Shown here: positions 19,657 through 29,243 of the stretch, piece by piece | Layout of the letters: each line of letters starts with the position of its first letter | Position numbering within the stretch: the stretch's first letter is position 1 | DNA from: an uncultured Clostridium sp. | GTDB lineage: Bacteria; Bacillota; Clostridia; TANB77; CAG-508 | DNA: 63,539 bases | Reading direction: 5' to 3' | Assembly (NCBI GenBank): GCA_900555615.1 | Contig: USMB01000003.1 | Span: forward strand, 1-63,539 | The notes under the pieces: model-generated | Told to the model about the DNA's origin: nothing | Database searches by the model: none | Seen by the model: the letters and a program-made list of their open reading frames with translations, nothing else | Translations under genes and position numbers: made by a program

Positions 19657-20346
19657 CTAATTCATTATTAAAGTATTTAATATTTCTTTATTTGAAAGTT
19701 TATTTTCACTATTTGTAGTTAAAATTACTATTTTATTATTAGGAATATCTATTACTTTCCCTGTTTGATAAGGATCCAATTCCTCATAAAAATTATCAAC
19801 TATCTTTCCTGTTACTTCATCAGCTTTGTAATATAATTCTGATATAGCTATAACATAATTAGTATTTCCATTTATAATTTTCTTTAATTTTTTATCCATA
19901 TCATTAGGATTATTTTCTTTTTCTATTTGTAAATATCCTTCATCTGAAATTTTATATTCATTATTTACACATTCTTTTAACATTTTCTCAAATTTTGCTC
20001 TACTAGTCTGTTCTATCCAAACCCCTACCTTCTTAGGGTAATTTTTTTCAAAGACTTCATCTATTTCATCAAGATTAGGTATTGATTTTTTTATTATTCC
20101 AGCAAAAGCAATTTTATATTGTATATCATCTTTTACATTTAAAACCTTATTTCCATTGTATTCTGTAATTACTTCATAAAGTTCATTGTTTCCAGTAATT
20201 CCAACTTCATTTTTTATTTCTTCTATATTTTTATCAATGTTTTCAGAAGCATTATTTGTATTATTATCTTGATTTTTTAAACTGAAAAATATAGCTACAC
20301 AAATTAAACTAATTATTAATACCGAAAATACTATTTTTGATTTCAT
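19657..20346 (-). CDS. hypothetical membrane-anchored or secreted protein
   Basis: 229-aa ORF with an N-terminal TM/signal anchor and a GAGGATAAG SD. It starts 18 nt after the restored M14 stop. No motif recognised. Confidence 0.6.
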   Translation of the reverse strand: MKSKIVFSVLIISLICVAIFFSLKNQDNNTNNASENIDKNIEEIKNEVGITGNNELYEVITEYNGNKVLNVKDDIQYKIAFAGIIKKSIPNLDEIDEVFEKNYPKKVGVWIEQTSRAKFEKMLKECVNNEYKISDEGYLQIEKENNPNDMDKKLKKIINGNTNYVIAISELYYKADEVTGKIVDNFYEELDPYQTGKVIDIPNNKIVILTTNSENKLSNKEILNTLIMN

Positions 20347-20363
20347 ATCTTATCCTCTCATCT

Positions 20364-20519
20364 TTAAAATAATCCATGAAGCATTGAAAGAGTTGCTTGT
20401 ATATATCTCTCTGCTAATCTTTGGTCTTTAACATCTTTTAAACTATGTACATTCTTTGGTAGTTCTATTAATGATGTTTTTGCCAATCTTCCATTACTTG
20501 CAAGTCCGAGCTCTAGCCC
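20364..20519 (-). other. out-of-frame continuation of the M14 peptidase gene (the C-terminal segment carrying the predicted catalytic Glu)
   Basis: The alternative frame reads GLELGLASNGRLAKTSLIELPKNVHSLKDVKDQRLAERYIQATLSMLHGLF and stops at 20364-20366. It is open only downstream of a TAA TAG pair, so the frames must join between roughly 20497 and 20522. Confidence 0.6.
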
Positions 20520-22638
20520 AATCTATTAAATATCCATCTCCATATCTGTCTAAAGATCTCCCATGATTTTCAGGAAATTGAACTGCATAATACATTCCAA
20601 CTTCTCTATCTCCAACCAATTGTTGATACCACCCATGTAAATCTACTAAAACAGTTTGGCCGTTTTTAGATTTATGTTTTTGTAAAAAGTCTTTTAGATA
20701 TTGTGCTTCATATGCTTGAAATGGTGCTGTTCCTATATAATTTCTATCAGTTGTGTTTTCACTATATCCAGTATATTTCCAACATCTATTCATATCTATT
20801 CCTTTATTATTTGGTGCTTGACTATATAAAGTTGTCCTTCCTGGTCCATTTGCAGTTGTTCCATATTTTCTTCCATCTGGATTTATTTCTGGAAGAATAT
20901 ATATTGTCCACTTATTAGACAATTCATAATTTGCATCATGGTTATTTTTTAGTTCTTCATAAAATTGATCTGCTATATTTACTAATGCAGTTCCATCTTT
21001 TGCCCAATTATCTTCAAATCCATGTATAGCAAATGTTGCAAAAAATACATTTGGTCCATCACCATATCTATAATATTGCAATTTTGATCCTCTAGAATCA
21101 CCTGCTTTAGTTAATCCACTAACTCCATATGTTCCTTTCTCCATTGTTATTTTAGGCCTTGTAAAAATATATATAACTTGTTCACCAACAATTGTACCAT
21201 TTTCTTTTTCTATTCTAAGTGCAATTTGATGTAATCCTATATTTAATTTTGAAAAATCAAGTTTTAAATCAAAACCTGGTTTTGGGTTTATTTTTTCTCC
21301 ACCGTATCCACTAATTGCTTTTATTACATCAGGTCTTTCGTTTCTTTCTACATCAATATCTTGATATTTTCCATCAAGTAAAACTCTTACATTGACATTT
21401 GCAACTGTAGTCATTACCCAGCCTGAAACATGATGTTCTTCATTTGTTATACTTGTTCTATCATAAGGAGTTTCTATGTGAATTCTAGTTTTATATTCCA
21501 ATATGCTTGATGAAAATTCTTCTAGAACATCATTTTGTTCATCCACCAATTTTAAAGTTACTTTATTATCTCCTTCTTTAAATTCAGTTTCTGGAACTAT
21601 AATTGTAAAATTAGGTTTTGGGTTTTCTTTATATGTACCATATCCTTTTACTATTGAAATTAAATCATATCTATAACTATAAGAAACCTGTAGATTCTCT
21701 ATTTTTCTATTTGAAATATACATTTCTATTCTTGTATTAGGTTCTGTTGATAATTTCCACCCATCAATTGTTATACCATTTATAGCACCACACTGTTCTG
21801 CAAGATTTGTATCTATATTCAATACTGATTTTATTTTTTTGTTTATTATTATATTATTTTCAACTTTTTCTAACACTATATCATCTTTGGTTTTAAAAAG
21901 TATTTCAATTTTGTGCTTTCCCTGTTTTAGTTTATTAGTTGGAACACTAATTGTAAATATTGGATTAGGATTCTCCTTATATGTACCATATCCTTTTACT
22001 ATTGAAATCAAGTCATATAAATAATACATCTCTACTTTTGTATTTTCTACTTCTTTTCCATCTATTAATACACTTAGTTTAGTATCAACTTCTGATGCTA
22101 ATTTCCAACCTTTTATTTCAATTCCTGATTTATCAAATGTTTTTCCTTCCAAATTTGTATCAATATTTAATATATGTTTAATATTTCTGGAAACCACTAT
22201 ATTTTTTTCTATACTTTGCAAAACTTCAGAACTATCTGAATTTACAAATTTAATAATTAGTTTATGTGTTCCAACAGAAACTGATTTCATGGGTATATCT
22301 ATATCAAAATTTGGAGTTGGATTTTCTTTATATGTTCCATATCCTTTCACTATTGATATTAAATCATATTTATATGAATATTTAATACAACTTTCAGAAA
22401 CTTCTTTTTCATCTACAAAAACTTTTAATTTAGTGTTCTCAATTGTTGCTAATTTCCACCCTTCTATATGTAAGTATTCCTTTTCTGTAAAAAAAGTCTG
22501 TCCCAAGTTGGTATCAATATACCATGTTGATTTAGCTTCTGTCTTTTTACTCTCTATTTTTGTATTTGCACAAACTACATTTGCCATAAATATAATTATT
22601 ATTATAAAATATAAGCTTATCTTTTTTAGTACTTTCAT
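20494..22638 (-). CDS. secreted peptidoglycan peptidase: 3+1 wall-associated repeats plus an M14 zinc carboxypeptidase domain, truncated by a frameshift
   Basis: Signal peptide and three roughly 118-aa repeats plus one degenerate repeat. M14 motifs are HGFE (Zn), ILPEINPDG, DMNRCW and VDLHGW (Zn). The ORF stops at ..DWARARTCK, before the expected catalytic Glu. Confidence 0.75.
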   Translation of the reverse strand: MKVLKKISLYFIIIIIFMANVVCANTKIESKKTEAKSTWYIDTNLGQTFFTEKEYLHIEGWKLATIENTKLKVFVDEKEVSESCIKYSYKYDLISIVKGYGTYKENPTPNFDIDIPMKSVSVGTHKLIIKFVNSDSSEVLQSIEKNIVVSRNIKHILNIDTNLEGKTFDKSGIEIKGWKLASEVDTKLSVLIDGKEVENTKVEMYYLYDLISIVKGYGTYKENPNPIFTISVPTNKLKQGKHKIEILFKTKDDIVLEKVENNIIINKKIKSVLNIDTNLAEQCGAINGITIDGWKLSTEPNTRIEMYISNRKIENLQVSYSYRYDLISIVKGYGTYKENPKPNFTIIVPETEFKEGDNKVTLKLVDEQNDVLEEFSSSILEYKTRIHIETPYDRTSITNEEHHVSGWVMTTVANVNVRVLLDGKYQDIDVERNERPDVIKAISGYGGEKINPKPGFDLKLDFSKLNIGLHQIALRIEKENGTIVGEQVIYIFTRPKITMEKGTYGVSGLTKAGDSRGSKLQYYRYGDGPNVFFATFAIHGFEDNWAKDGTALVNIADQFYEELKNNHDANYELSNKWTIYILPEINPDGRKYGTTANGPGRTTLYSQAPNNKGIDMNRCWKYTGYSENTTDRNYIGTAPFQAYEAQYLKDFLQKHKSKNGQTVLVDLHGWYQQLVGDREVGMYYAVQFPENHGRSLDRYGDGYLIDWARARTCK
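21154..22527 (-). repeat. intragenic tandem repeats (about 350 nt / 118 aa units; 3 close copies plus 1 degenerate)
   Basis: Recurrent core encoding Y(S/Y)Y(K/R)YDLISIVKGYGTYKENP.P.F. Boundaries are approximate. Confidence 0.7.
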
Positions 22639-22664
22639 AGCAAACTCCTTCTAAAGTTTTATTT

Positions 22665-25124
22665 TTAGTATTTCTTATAACATATATCAATGTCTACAAA
22701 CTCTGATGCAATTCCATTTATTTTTCCCTGTGATGTATATTGCCACATATGATATTTTCCTGAAAAGTCTGTTAATTTATTTTCATCATCTGTGTAATGA
22801 GCCAACCAAATATCATAATATTTTGATAATTCTGAATAATTCAACTTACTTTCAAACCAACTTTTACTTGAATATATTGTTGGAACAAATCCTTGATACT
22901 TGATTACATCACAAAATCCTTTACAGATCATTGTTCTTGTATCTGAATCAAGTAAATCAGCTCTTCCTGGTAAATTTCCTTGTTTTCTTGCTCCAGAATC
23001 TTCTACATCAATTGCAATTGGATAATCTAATTTTATTCCATTTTGATGTAATTGACTTACTACCCACAACGCCTCTTCTCTAGCTTCATCTAGATTAATT
23101 GCTTGAGTTACGAAATAAACACCAACTTTTATTCCATTTGCCTTAGCTTCTTTTAAATTATACAATGCCTGCTTGTCTAAGACTAAAGTTGCACCTCTAT
23201 ATCCTCTATATCCAATCCTTATCATAGCAAAATCTATTCTTGCTGTAGCGACACTTCCCCAATCAACTAATCCATTCTTTTCACTAACATCTATTCCTTT
23301 ATATCTATCACCATATATAGCAGTAAATTCTACATTTTTCAAAACTGTATCTCCATACATAAATCTTATTTTCATTTTATGATTCTTTTTTGCCAAATTC
23401 TCTGTAGGAATATCAATCTCAAACATTGGTGTTGGATTTTCTTCATATGTTCCATATCCTTTTACTATTGAGATTAAATCATATTTATATGAATACTTAA
23501 TGCAATTTTCTTCTATTTTTTTATCATCAATATAAACTTCTAATTTAGTATTTGCTTCTGTTGCTAATTTCCAGCCTGATATATATATATTTTTTGTTTC
23601 ATTAAAAACTACAGCCTTTAAATTAGTATCTACATTTAATACTGATTTTATTGTTTTATCTATAGTTACAGTACTAGTAACACTCTCTAATAGTGTTCCA
23701 TCCTCTAATACTAATTGGATTTTTATAGTATGTTTTCCATTTGTCATATTTTTAGTTGGAATGTTTATATCAAACATCGGAGTTGGATTTTCTTTATATG
23801 TTCCATACCCTTTTACTATTGAGATTAAATCATATTTATATGAGTATTTTATATTGTCTTTGCTAAGTTCTTTGTCATCTACATATACTTTTATTTTGCT
23901 ATTAACCTCTGTAACTAATTTCCATCCAGATACTTTTATTCCGTACTTATCAAATTTTTCATTATTAATTTTAGTATCTATTGTCAAGACATGTTTTACT
24001 TTTTCAACTGTTATTGTACTTTCTACATTTTCTAATACTGTTCCATCTTCTGATTTAAACTGAATTTTAACATTATGTTTTCCATCAGTCATATCTTTTG
24101 TAGGGATATTTATATCAAACATTGGAGTTGGATTTTCTTTATATGTTCCATATCCTTTTACTATTGAAATTAAATCATATTTGTATGAATATTTAATATA
24201 CTGACTATTTACTTCTTTTCCATCTATAAAAGCAGTTATTTTATTACTTGTATCTGTTGTTAATCTCCACCCTGATATTTTTATTCCTGATTTGTTAAAA
24301 ACAGTATTTTTTAAATCTGTATCAATATTATAAACATATTTCACTTTTTTTAAGGTTATGTTGTTTTCTATACTATTTAACACTTCATCATTTTCTGATT
24401 TTATTTGAATTTTAACATTATGTTTTCCATCTTTTAAATCTGTTGTAGGAATATTTATATCAAACATTGGAGTTGGATTTTCTTTATATGTTCCATATCC
24501 TTTCACTATTGATATTAAATCATATTTATATGAATATTTGATATTCTCACTACCTACTTCTTTTCCATCTATGTACACTGCAAGCTTATTATTTGCTTCT
24601 GTTGTTAATCTCCATCCTGATATTTTTATTCCAGACTTGCTAAAAATTGTATTTTTTAAATCTGTATCTATATTGTATACATACTTTATTTTTTGAACCG
24701 TTATTTTATTTTCAACATTTTTTAGAACTTTTCCGCTATTTGACACAATCTGTATCTTCAAAATATGTGTTCCGTTTGTAATGTTATTTGTAGGAATATT
24801 TATACTATACATTGGAGTTGGATTTTCTTTATATGTTCCATATCCTTTTACTATTGAGATTAAGTCATATTTATATGAATATTTAATATATTCACTACTT
24901 ACTTCTTTTCCATCAATATAAACTTTCAATTTTGTATTTGATATATCAGCTAATTTCCATCCCTCTATATGTATTCCTGTTTTATCAAATACGGCATTGT
25001 TCAAGTTTGTATCTATTTGTAAAATTGATTTTACATTTGAACTAGCCTGTCCTAATGTAGGAATCATAAAAATTCCAATTATAAATACTACAATAAATAA
25101 TATAAGCTTTATTTTTTTATTCAC
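22665..25124 (-). CDS. secreted peptidoglycan hydrolase: 5 wall-associated repeats plus a C-terminal GH25 muramidase domain
   Basis: Signal peptide, five roughly 118-aa repeats, then a GH25 signature (YKGIDVSEKNGLVDWGSV..DFAMIRIGYRG..GIKVGVYFV..YPIAIDVED). The start overlaps the stop of the upstream flippase gene by 4 nt. Confidence 0.8.
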   Translation of the reverse strand: MNKKIKLILFIVVFIIGIFMIPTLGQASSNVKSILQIDTNLNNAVFDKTGIHIEGWKLADISNTKLKVYIDGKEVSSEYIKYSYKYDLISIVKGYGTYKENPTPMYSINIPTNNITNGTHILKIQIVSNSGKVLKNVENKITVQKIKYVYNIDTDLKNTIFSKSGIKISGWRLTTEANNKLAVYIDGKEVGSENIKYSYKYDLISIVKGYGTYKENPTPMFDINIPTTDLKDGKHNVKIQIKSENDEVLNSIENNITLKKVKYVYNIDTDLKNTVFNKSGIKISGWRLTTDTSNKITAFIDGKEVNSQYIKYSYKYDLISIVKGYGTYKENPTPMFDINIPTKDMTDGKHNVKIQFKSEDGTVLENVESTITVEKVKHVLTIDTKINNEKFDKYGIKVSGWKLVTEVNSKIKVYVDDKELSKDNIKYSYKYDLISIVKGYGTYKENPTPMFDINIPTKNMTNGKHTIKIQLVLEDGTLLESVTSTVTIDKTIKSVLNVDTNLKAVVFNETKNIYISGWKLATEANTKLEVYIDDKKIEENCIKYSYKYDLISIVKGYGTYEENPTPMFEIDIPTENLAKKNHKMKIRFMYGDTVLKNVEFTAIYGDRYKGIDVSEKNGLVDWGSVATARIDFAMIRIGYRGYRGATLVLDKQALYNLKEAKANGIKVGVYFVTQAINLDEAREEALWVVSQLHQNGIKLDYPIAIDVEDSGARKQGNLPGRADLLDSDTRTMICKGFCDVIKYQGFVPTIYSSKSWFESKLNYSELSKYYDIWLAHYTDDENKLTDFSGKYHMWQYTSQGKINGIASEFVDIDICYKKY
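23250..25031 (-). repeat. intragenic tandem repeats (five roughly 350-nt / 118-aa units)
   Basis: The DNA core ggagttggattttctttatatgttccatatcc..actattga.attaa.tcatatttatatga recurs five times at a period of about 350 nt. Boundaries are approximate. Confidence 0.8.
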
Positions 25125-26353
25125 TTTTTTTCTCCTTTACTTTTTTGTTTTTTTATTCCAATAATTAGAGATATAGCTAATAATGTACATAGTATAAACA
25201 TTATAAGTAAATTAGCAAAAACTGCTCCCATCATTTCATATTTATTTACTAAAATTGGTGACACTATAACTGCTATTATGGATGTGATTATATAAACTAT
25301 TGATATATATGTCTGTTTTCTGATTGTTCCCAACATATTAAATAGTAAATTACATATCGCATATAGTAATCCAGATATTATTAAAACCATTAATTCTACT
25401 TTGTATTGACTTATGTCTACTCCATAAAACATACTTAACACTGGAACACCTAAAATATAACATCCTATTTCAATTATTAATGTAACTCCAAATAACACTA
25501 AAATTATTTTTAAAACTGTTATGAACAATTTTTTATGCTCATCTTTGTTCCAATAATCTCCAAATGTCTTTAAAAATGGTTTTACTATAAATATACTTAC
25601 TAAATTTATTACAAATGTTGGCATATATATAATATTAAAATATGTTTGCATTGCATTATCGCCTTTAGAGTCAATCGCATATTTTACTGCATTTATTACA
25701 TAAACATTTAATACCCCTGCAATTGCCATTGGCATACAGTCTTTTATTATTTCTTTAGCCTCTTTAAATTTGATTATAATTTTTTCTTTATTAAATTGTT
25801 TTATCTGTTTTACATCATAAGCAATAAATACTACTAAATTAGCTATTGTCATAAATGTACATGCCACAATTATATTATGTGTTATAATATCAAAAATTGC
25901 AAATGTAATAATTGCCAAAATATTTCTTAGCACCATCGATTTTCCAGCAATGTCTAATCTTTTATTTATTTGAAATTCAGCTTGAAATGTCTCACTAAAA
26001 TTATCAATTACACGATACAATATCAAAATTAAGCATATTGCCAATTTGGTAGATGTATAACCATCTACAATAACAAATATTATACTAATTACTATCATTA
26101 CTATAATTGCTATAATTCTTGCTGAAAAATATTCTGAAAATGTATATTTTTTATCTGTATCTGTTACTTGATATATTCTAATCCCAAAATCTCCAATAGA
26201 ATTTAATATACATGATGTTGCATAGGCTATTGAAAATATTCCTGCTATTTCTAAGCTATTTGCTCTTGTACATATTGCTAATATTATTGCACTAAACATC
26301 GCATATATAAAGCTTCCAATCATATTCCATATGAATTCATTCTTTTTTATCAT
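25121..26353 (-). CDS. Wzx-like polysaccharide/oligosaccharide flippase (MOP superfamily), polytopic membrane protein
   Basis: 410-aa ORF, hydrophobic throughout (roughly 10-12 TM helices). Called from its size and context within the glycan locus. Confidence 0.6.
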   Translation of the reverse strand: MIKKNEFIWNMIGSFIYAMFSAIILAICTRANSLEIAGIFSIAYATSCILNSIGDFGIRIYQVTDTDKKYTFSEYFSARIIAIIVMIVISIIFVIVDGYTSTKLAICLILILYRVIDNFSETFQAEFQINKRLDIAGKSMVLRNILAIITFAIFDIITHNIIVACTFMTIANLVVFIAYDVKQIKQFNKEKIIIKFKEAKEIIKDCMPMAIAGVLNVYVINAVKYAIDSKGDNAMQTYFNIIYMPTFVINLVSIFIVKPFLKTFGDYWNKDEHKKLFITVLKIILVLFGVTLIIEIGCYILGVPVLSMFYGVDISQYKVELMVLIISGLLYAICNLLFNMLGTIRKQTYISIVYIITSIIAVIVSPILVNKYEMMGAVFANLLIMFILCTLLAISLIIGIKKQKSKGEKK

Positions 26354-26375
26354 TTATGTATTCCTCGTTCCTACT

Positions 26376-27509
26376 TTATTTACTATATTTTATTGTAGTG
26401 GCTATTTTTTTTGCTGTTGTATTCCAAGAAAAATCTTTTTCAACTTTTTCTTTTATGTTAGTTCCTAATTTCTTCATTTTTTCTTTATCATTTATAATTT
26501 TTTCTATTTTTTCTTGTATTTCAGAAGTTTCAAAACCACAAATATATCCAATATTATCATCAGTTATTATCTCTGTAGTTCCCCCCATAGGAGTTGCTAC
26601 AACTGCACATTTCATCATTCCAGCTTCTAGTATTGTCGTTGGCAAGCCTTCTGAAAAATGTGAAGGATTAACAAATATATTTGTTTTTCCTAATAGTTCC
26701 ATTACTTCTTGGTGTGATATTTTTCCTAACACTTTTATATTTTTTACATCTTTATTTTCTTGAATTATCTTTTCTAATATTGGACCATCTCCAGCTAAAT
26801 CCAACTCTAGATTTTCATATTTACTATCCAAATTCTTAAAAGCTTCAATTAACCTTGGCACACCTTTTTCTTCTATCATTCTTCCTGTATAAGTTATAAT
26901 TAATTTTCCAGTGTCTTTGTTAATAAATTTACTATATTCTTCTATTTCATCTGTATTAACTGAATTATAAAATACTCCTTTTGCTTTTATTCCAAAATGT
27001 TTTAACCATTCTGTACATTTTTTAGAAACTCCATAAAAATCCTTTACCCTTTTCTTTATGGAATTTGTTAACATATGCTCATATATTTCTCCGAAAAAAT
27101 CTAAAACCTTATTATTTACAGTAAAATGTGTACTTCCATGTTCTATTAAACATGCAGGAATATTATTTTTATCAACAAATTTTGATGCAATATATGACGT
27201 TGTCCAAAATCTAGTTTGAATTATTGCAGAATCAATATTTTCTTTTTTCACCATTTCTAATAATTCTTTGCATCTTCTATTTCTTTTGTTAATAGGATAT
27301 CTTTCTGCAACAATTTTATACGTAGGCAATCTAAAAATTTTAGCATACTCTGTTTCTTCTATTTCTTCTAATTTTTCATCATATCTAGAAGTTACTATTA
27401 TTATCTTATATCCCATATCATGTAATTTCTTAGATAAATTATATGTATACCTCTCTACTCCTCCTAAATGTGGCAAATAATATCCTGAAAATATTGCTAT
27501 AGTTTTCAT
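26376..27509 (-). CDS. GT4 (GT-B fold) glycosyltransferase
   Basis: N-terminal YYLPHLGGVERY and a C-terminal EGLPTTILEAGMMKCAVVAT EX7E-type motif. Confidence 0.8.
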   Translation of the reverse strand: MKTIAIFSGYYLPHLGGVERYTYNLSKKLHDMGYKIIIVTSRYDEKLEEIEETEYAKIFRLPTYKIVAERYPINKRNRRCKELLEMVKKENIDSAIIQTRFWTTSYIASKFVDKNNIPACLIEHGSTHFTVNNKVLDFFGEIYEHMLTNSIKKRVKDFYGVSKKCTEWLKHFGIKAKGVFYNSVNTDEIEEYSKFINKDTGKLIITYTGRMIEEKGVPRLIEAFKNLDSKYENLELDLAGDGPILEKIIQENKDVKNIKVLGKISHQEVMELLGKTNIFVNPSHFSEGLPTTILEAGMMKCAVVATPMGGTTEIITDDNIGYICGFETSEIQEKIEKIINDKEKMKKLGTNIKEKVEKDFSWNTTAKKIATTIKYSK

Positions 27510-27521
27510 ATTTTTCCTCCT

Positions 27522-28442
27522 TTATAATCTTCCAAGTAAAAATAACATCCTACACATTATTTCATCAGAATTTTTTTGTCTAAACATTTTCGGATAAAAA
27601 GTTTTTTTAATTGATTTTATCAAATTATAATTAACAGAAAACATATTTAAAATTTGCTGTGATTCCTTATTTATATCATTTTTAAATAGCTCTTTATATT
27701 TTTCTATTTGTCTTCTTATATTACAAAAATATTTTCCAAATACAAATTTTTTAATCCTATATATTTGCAAACCAATAGCTGATTTTCCACTTGGACTTAC
27801 ATTTGCTCCAGTCCTCCTATATTCTACTGTTGCTTCATTATCATAGATAACTTTTCCCATTCCACTTGCAATCATATATGCCCACCAATCATGAAAACAT
27901 ACATTTTCGGTTCCACTATCTAATATCTTCTTTGCTAATTGTTTATTAAACACTTCTGAAATTCCAAAAGCAATACATTCTACCAGTGAATTTTTGAAGT
28001 CTGCTCCTTTTCTATTTAACTTTGATTTATTCAAAAAGTTCAATTGTTCATCACAATAATTAAATTCCGAAAAATATAGCAATGGCTTATCATTTTTTTC
28101 ATTTTTTAGCATATTTACTGCTCTTGTGATTTTATTTGCATGCCAAAAGTCATCTTGGTCACAATATGCAAAATAATCACCATTTGAGTAGGCTTTTTCT
28201 AAGCACTCGTAAAAACTTCTTACTACTCCAACATTTTTTCCAACTATAAGTTTTATCTTTTGGTCTTTTTCATATTGCTTTAATATTTCTAAAGTATTAT
28301 CTTTAGAACCATCATCTCTAACATATATTTCTGTATTTTTATAATCTTGTTTTAGTAGGCTCTCAATTTGATTTTTTATATATTTTTCGCCATTATATGT
28401 TGACACACATATAATAACTTTCGGATTTAAGTTTTGATTCAT
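27522..28442 (-). CDS. GT2 glycosyltransferase (RgpB/rhamnosyltransferase-like subfamily)
   Basis: VSTYNGEKYIKNQIESLLKQ, DDGSKD and CDQDDFW motifs. The sugar specificity cannot be inferred. Confidence 0.75.
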   Translation of the reverse strand: MNQNLNPKVIICVSTYNGEKYIKNQIESLLKQDYKNTEIYVRDDGSKDNTLEILKQYEKDQKIKLIVGKNVGVVRSFYECLEKAYSNGDYFAYCDQDDFWHANKITRAVNMLKNEKNDKPLLYFSEFNYCDEQLNFLNKSKLNRKGADFKNSLVECIAFGISEVFNKQLAKKILDSGTENVCFHDWWAYMIASGMGKVIYDNEATVEYRRTGANVSPSGKSAIGLQIYRIKKFVFGKYFCNIRRQIEKYKELFKNDINKESQQILNMFSVNYNLIKSIKKTFYPKMFRQKNSDEIMCRMLFLLGRL

Positions 28443-28450
28443 AATTCCTC

Positions 28451-28876
28451 CTAATTTTTATTCTTTTTAAATACAACTATTTTACTAAATATATAATTCA
28501 TTACAATTACTATTACTTGAGAGACTATTTTTATAATCTTATCATTAAATTTACATACAGTTACGCCAATAAACATTATCATCATATCTATTAGTAGTGT
28601 GACTATTCTTGATATAACAAATTTATTAGCTTCTTTTAACTTATTGGTTTCTTTGCTCTCAAACACAAATTTTCTATTTGTAAAATATGCAAATAGTACC
28701 CCTACTATCCATGACAATATATTAGCTATTTGCAATTGAAACACATTTTCAGGATTTAATACTGTATATACTAATAAATAATATGTCATCAGTGAAACTA
28801 TAGTTGTTAATACTCCAAATATTAAATAACTTATAATTTCTTTATATTTAAAAAATATTTCTTTTATTTTTTCCAT
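28451..28876 (-). CDS. GtrA-family membrane protein
   Basis: 141 aa with four TM helices. The YLIFGVLTTIVS N-terminal motif and a basic loop are typical of GtrA. Confidence 0.7.
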   Translation of the reverse strand: MEKIKEIFFKYKEIISYLIFGVLTTIVSLMTYYLLVYTVLNPENVFQLQIANILSWIVGVLFAYFTNRKFVFESKETNKLKEANKFVISRIVTLLIDMMIMFIGVTVCKFNDKIIKIVSQVIVIVMNYIFSKIVVFKKNKN

Positions 28877-28879
28877 TGT

Positions 28880-29233
28880 TTATCCTTCTTTTTCTTTATT
28901 TTTATCCTCATGTTCTTTTAGTGCTATATAATGATCTAAATCTTTTATTTTTTCATTTAATACAGTTATATTTAAATTATCAATAAATACTTGTAATAGT
29001 AAAAATGCTATCATTATTAAAAATACAAAATTAACTGGTGATACAAAACCTAATAAATTTGATATCCACCCAACCGCATTTGAAAATATACTCATTAATA
29101 TTAGTAATATACTTCCAAACATCCATGTAACTGAATTCTCTACTTTTAATTTTGATTGTTTAATTTTCAGTATGCATAAGCAAAAAGCTCCAAAAGAACT
29201 TATTATTAAAATTATTCTTAATGTTGTTGACAT
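28880..29233 (-). CDS. small membrane protein, DUF2304-like
   Basis: 117 aa with 3-4 TM helices and a charged tail. It lies directly downstream of a soluble GT2, as is typical for DUF2304. Confidence 0.5.
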   Translation of the reverse strand: MSTTLRIILIISSFGAFCLCILKIKQSKLKVENSVTWMFGSILLILMSIFSNAVGWISNLLGFVSPVNFVFLIMIAFLLLQVFIDNLNITVLNEKIKDLDHYIALKEHEDKNKEKEG

Positions 29234-29243
29234 ATCTTACACC

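Noticed and set aside
20347-20493. The apparently non-coding 147-nt gap could hold a regulatory element
   Set aside because: It is better explained as the displaced C-terminal coding segment of the frameshifted M14 peptidase gene.
21154-25031. The regularly spaced, near-identical roughly 70-nt cores could be a CRISPR-like or other non-coding repeat array
   Set aside because: The period is about 350 nt. The repeats are in frame within two long ORFs and translate to a conserved protein module. There are no short unique spacers and no cas genes.
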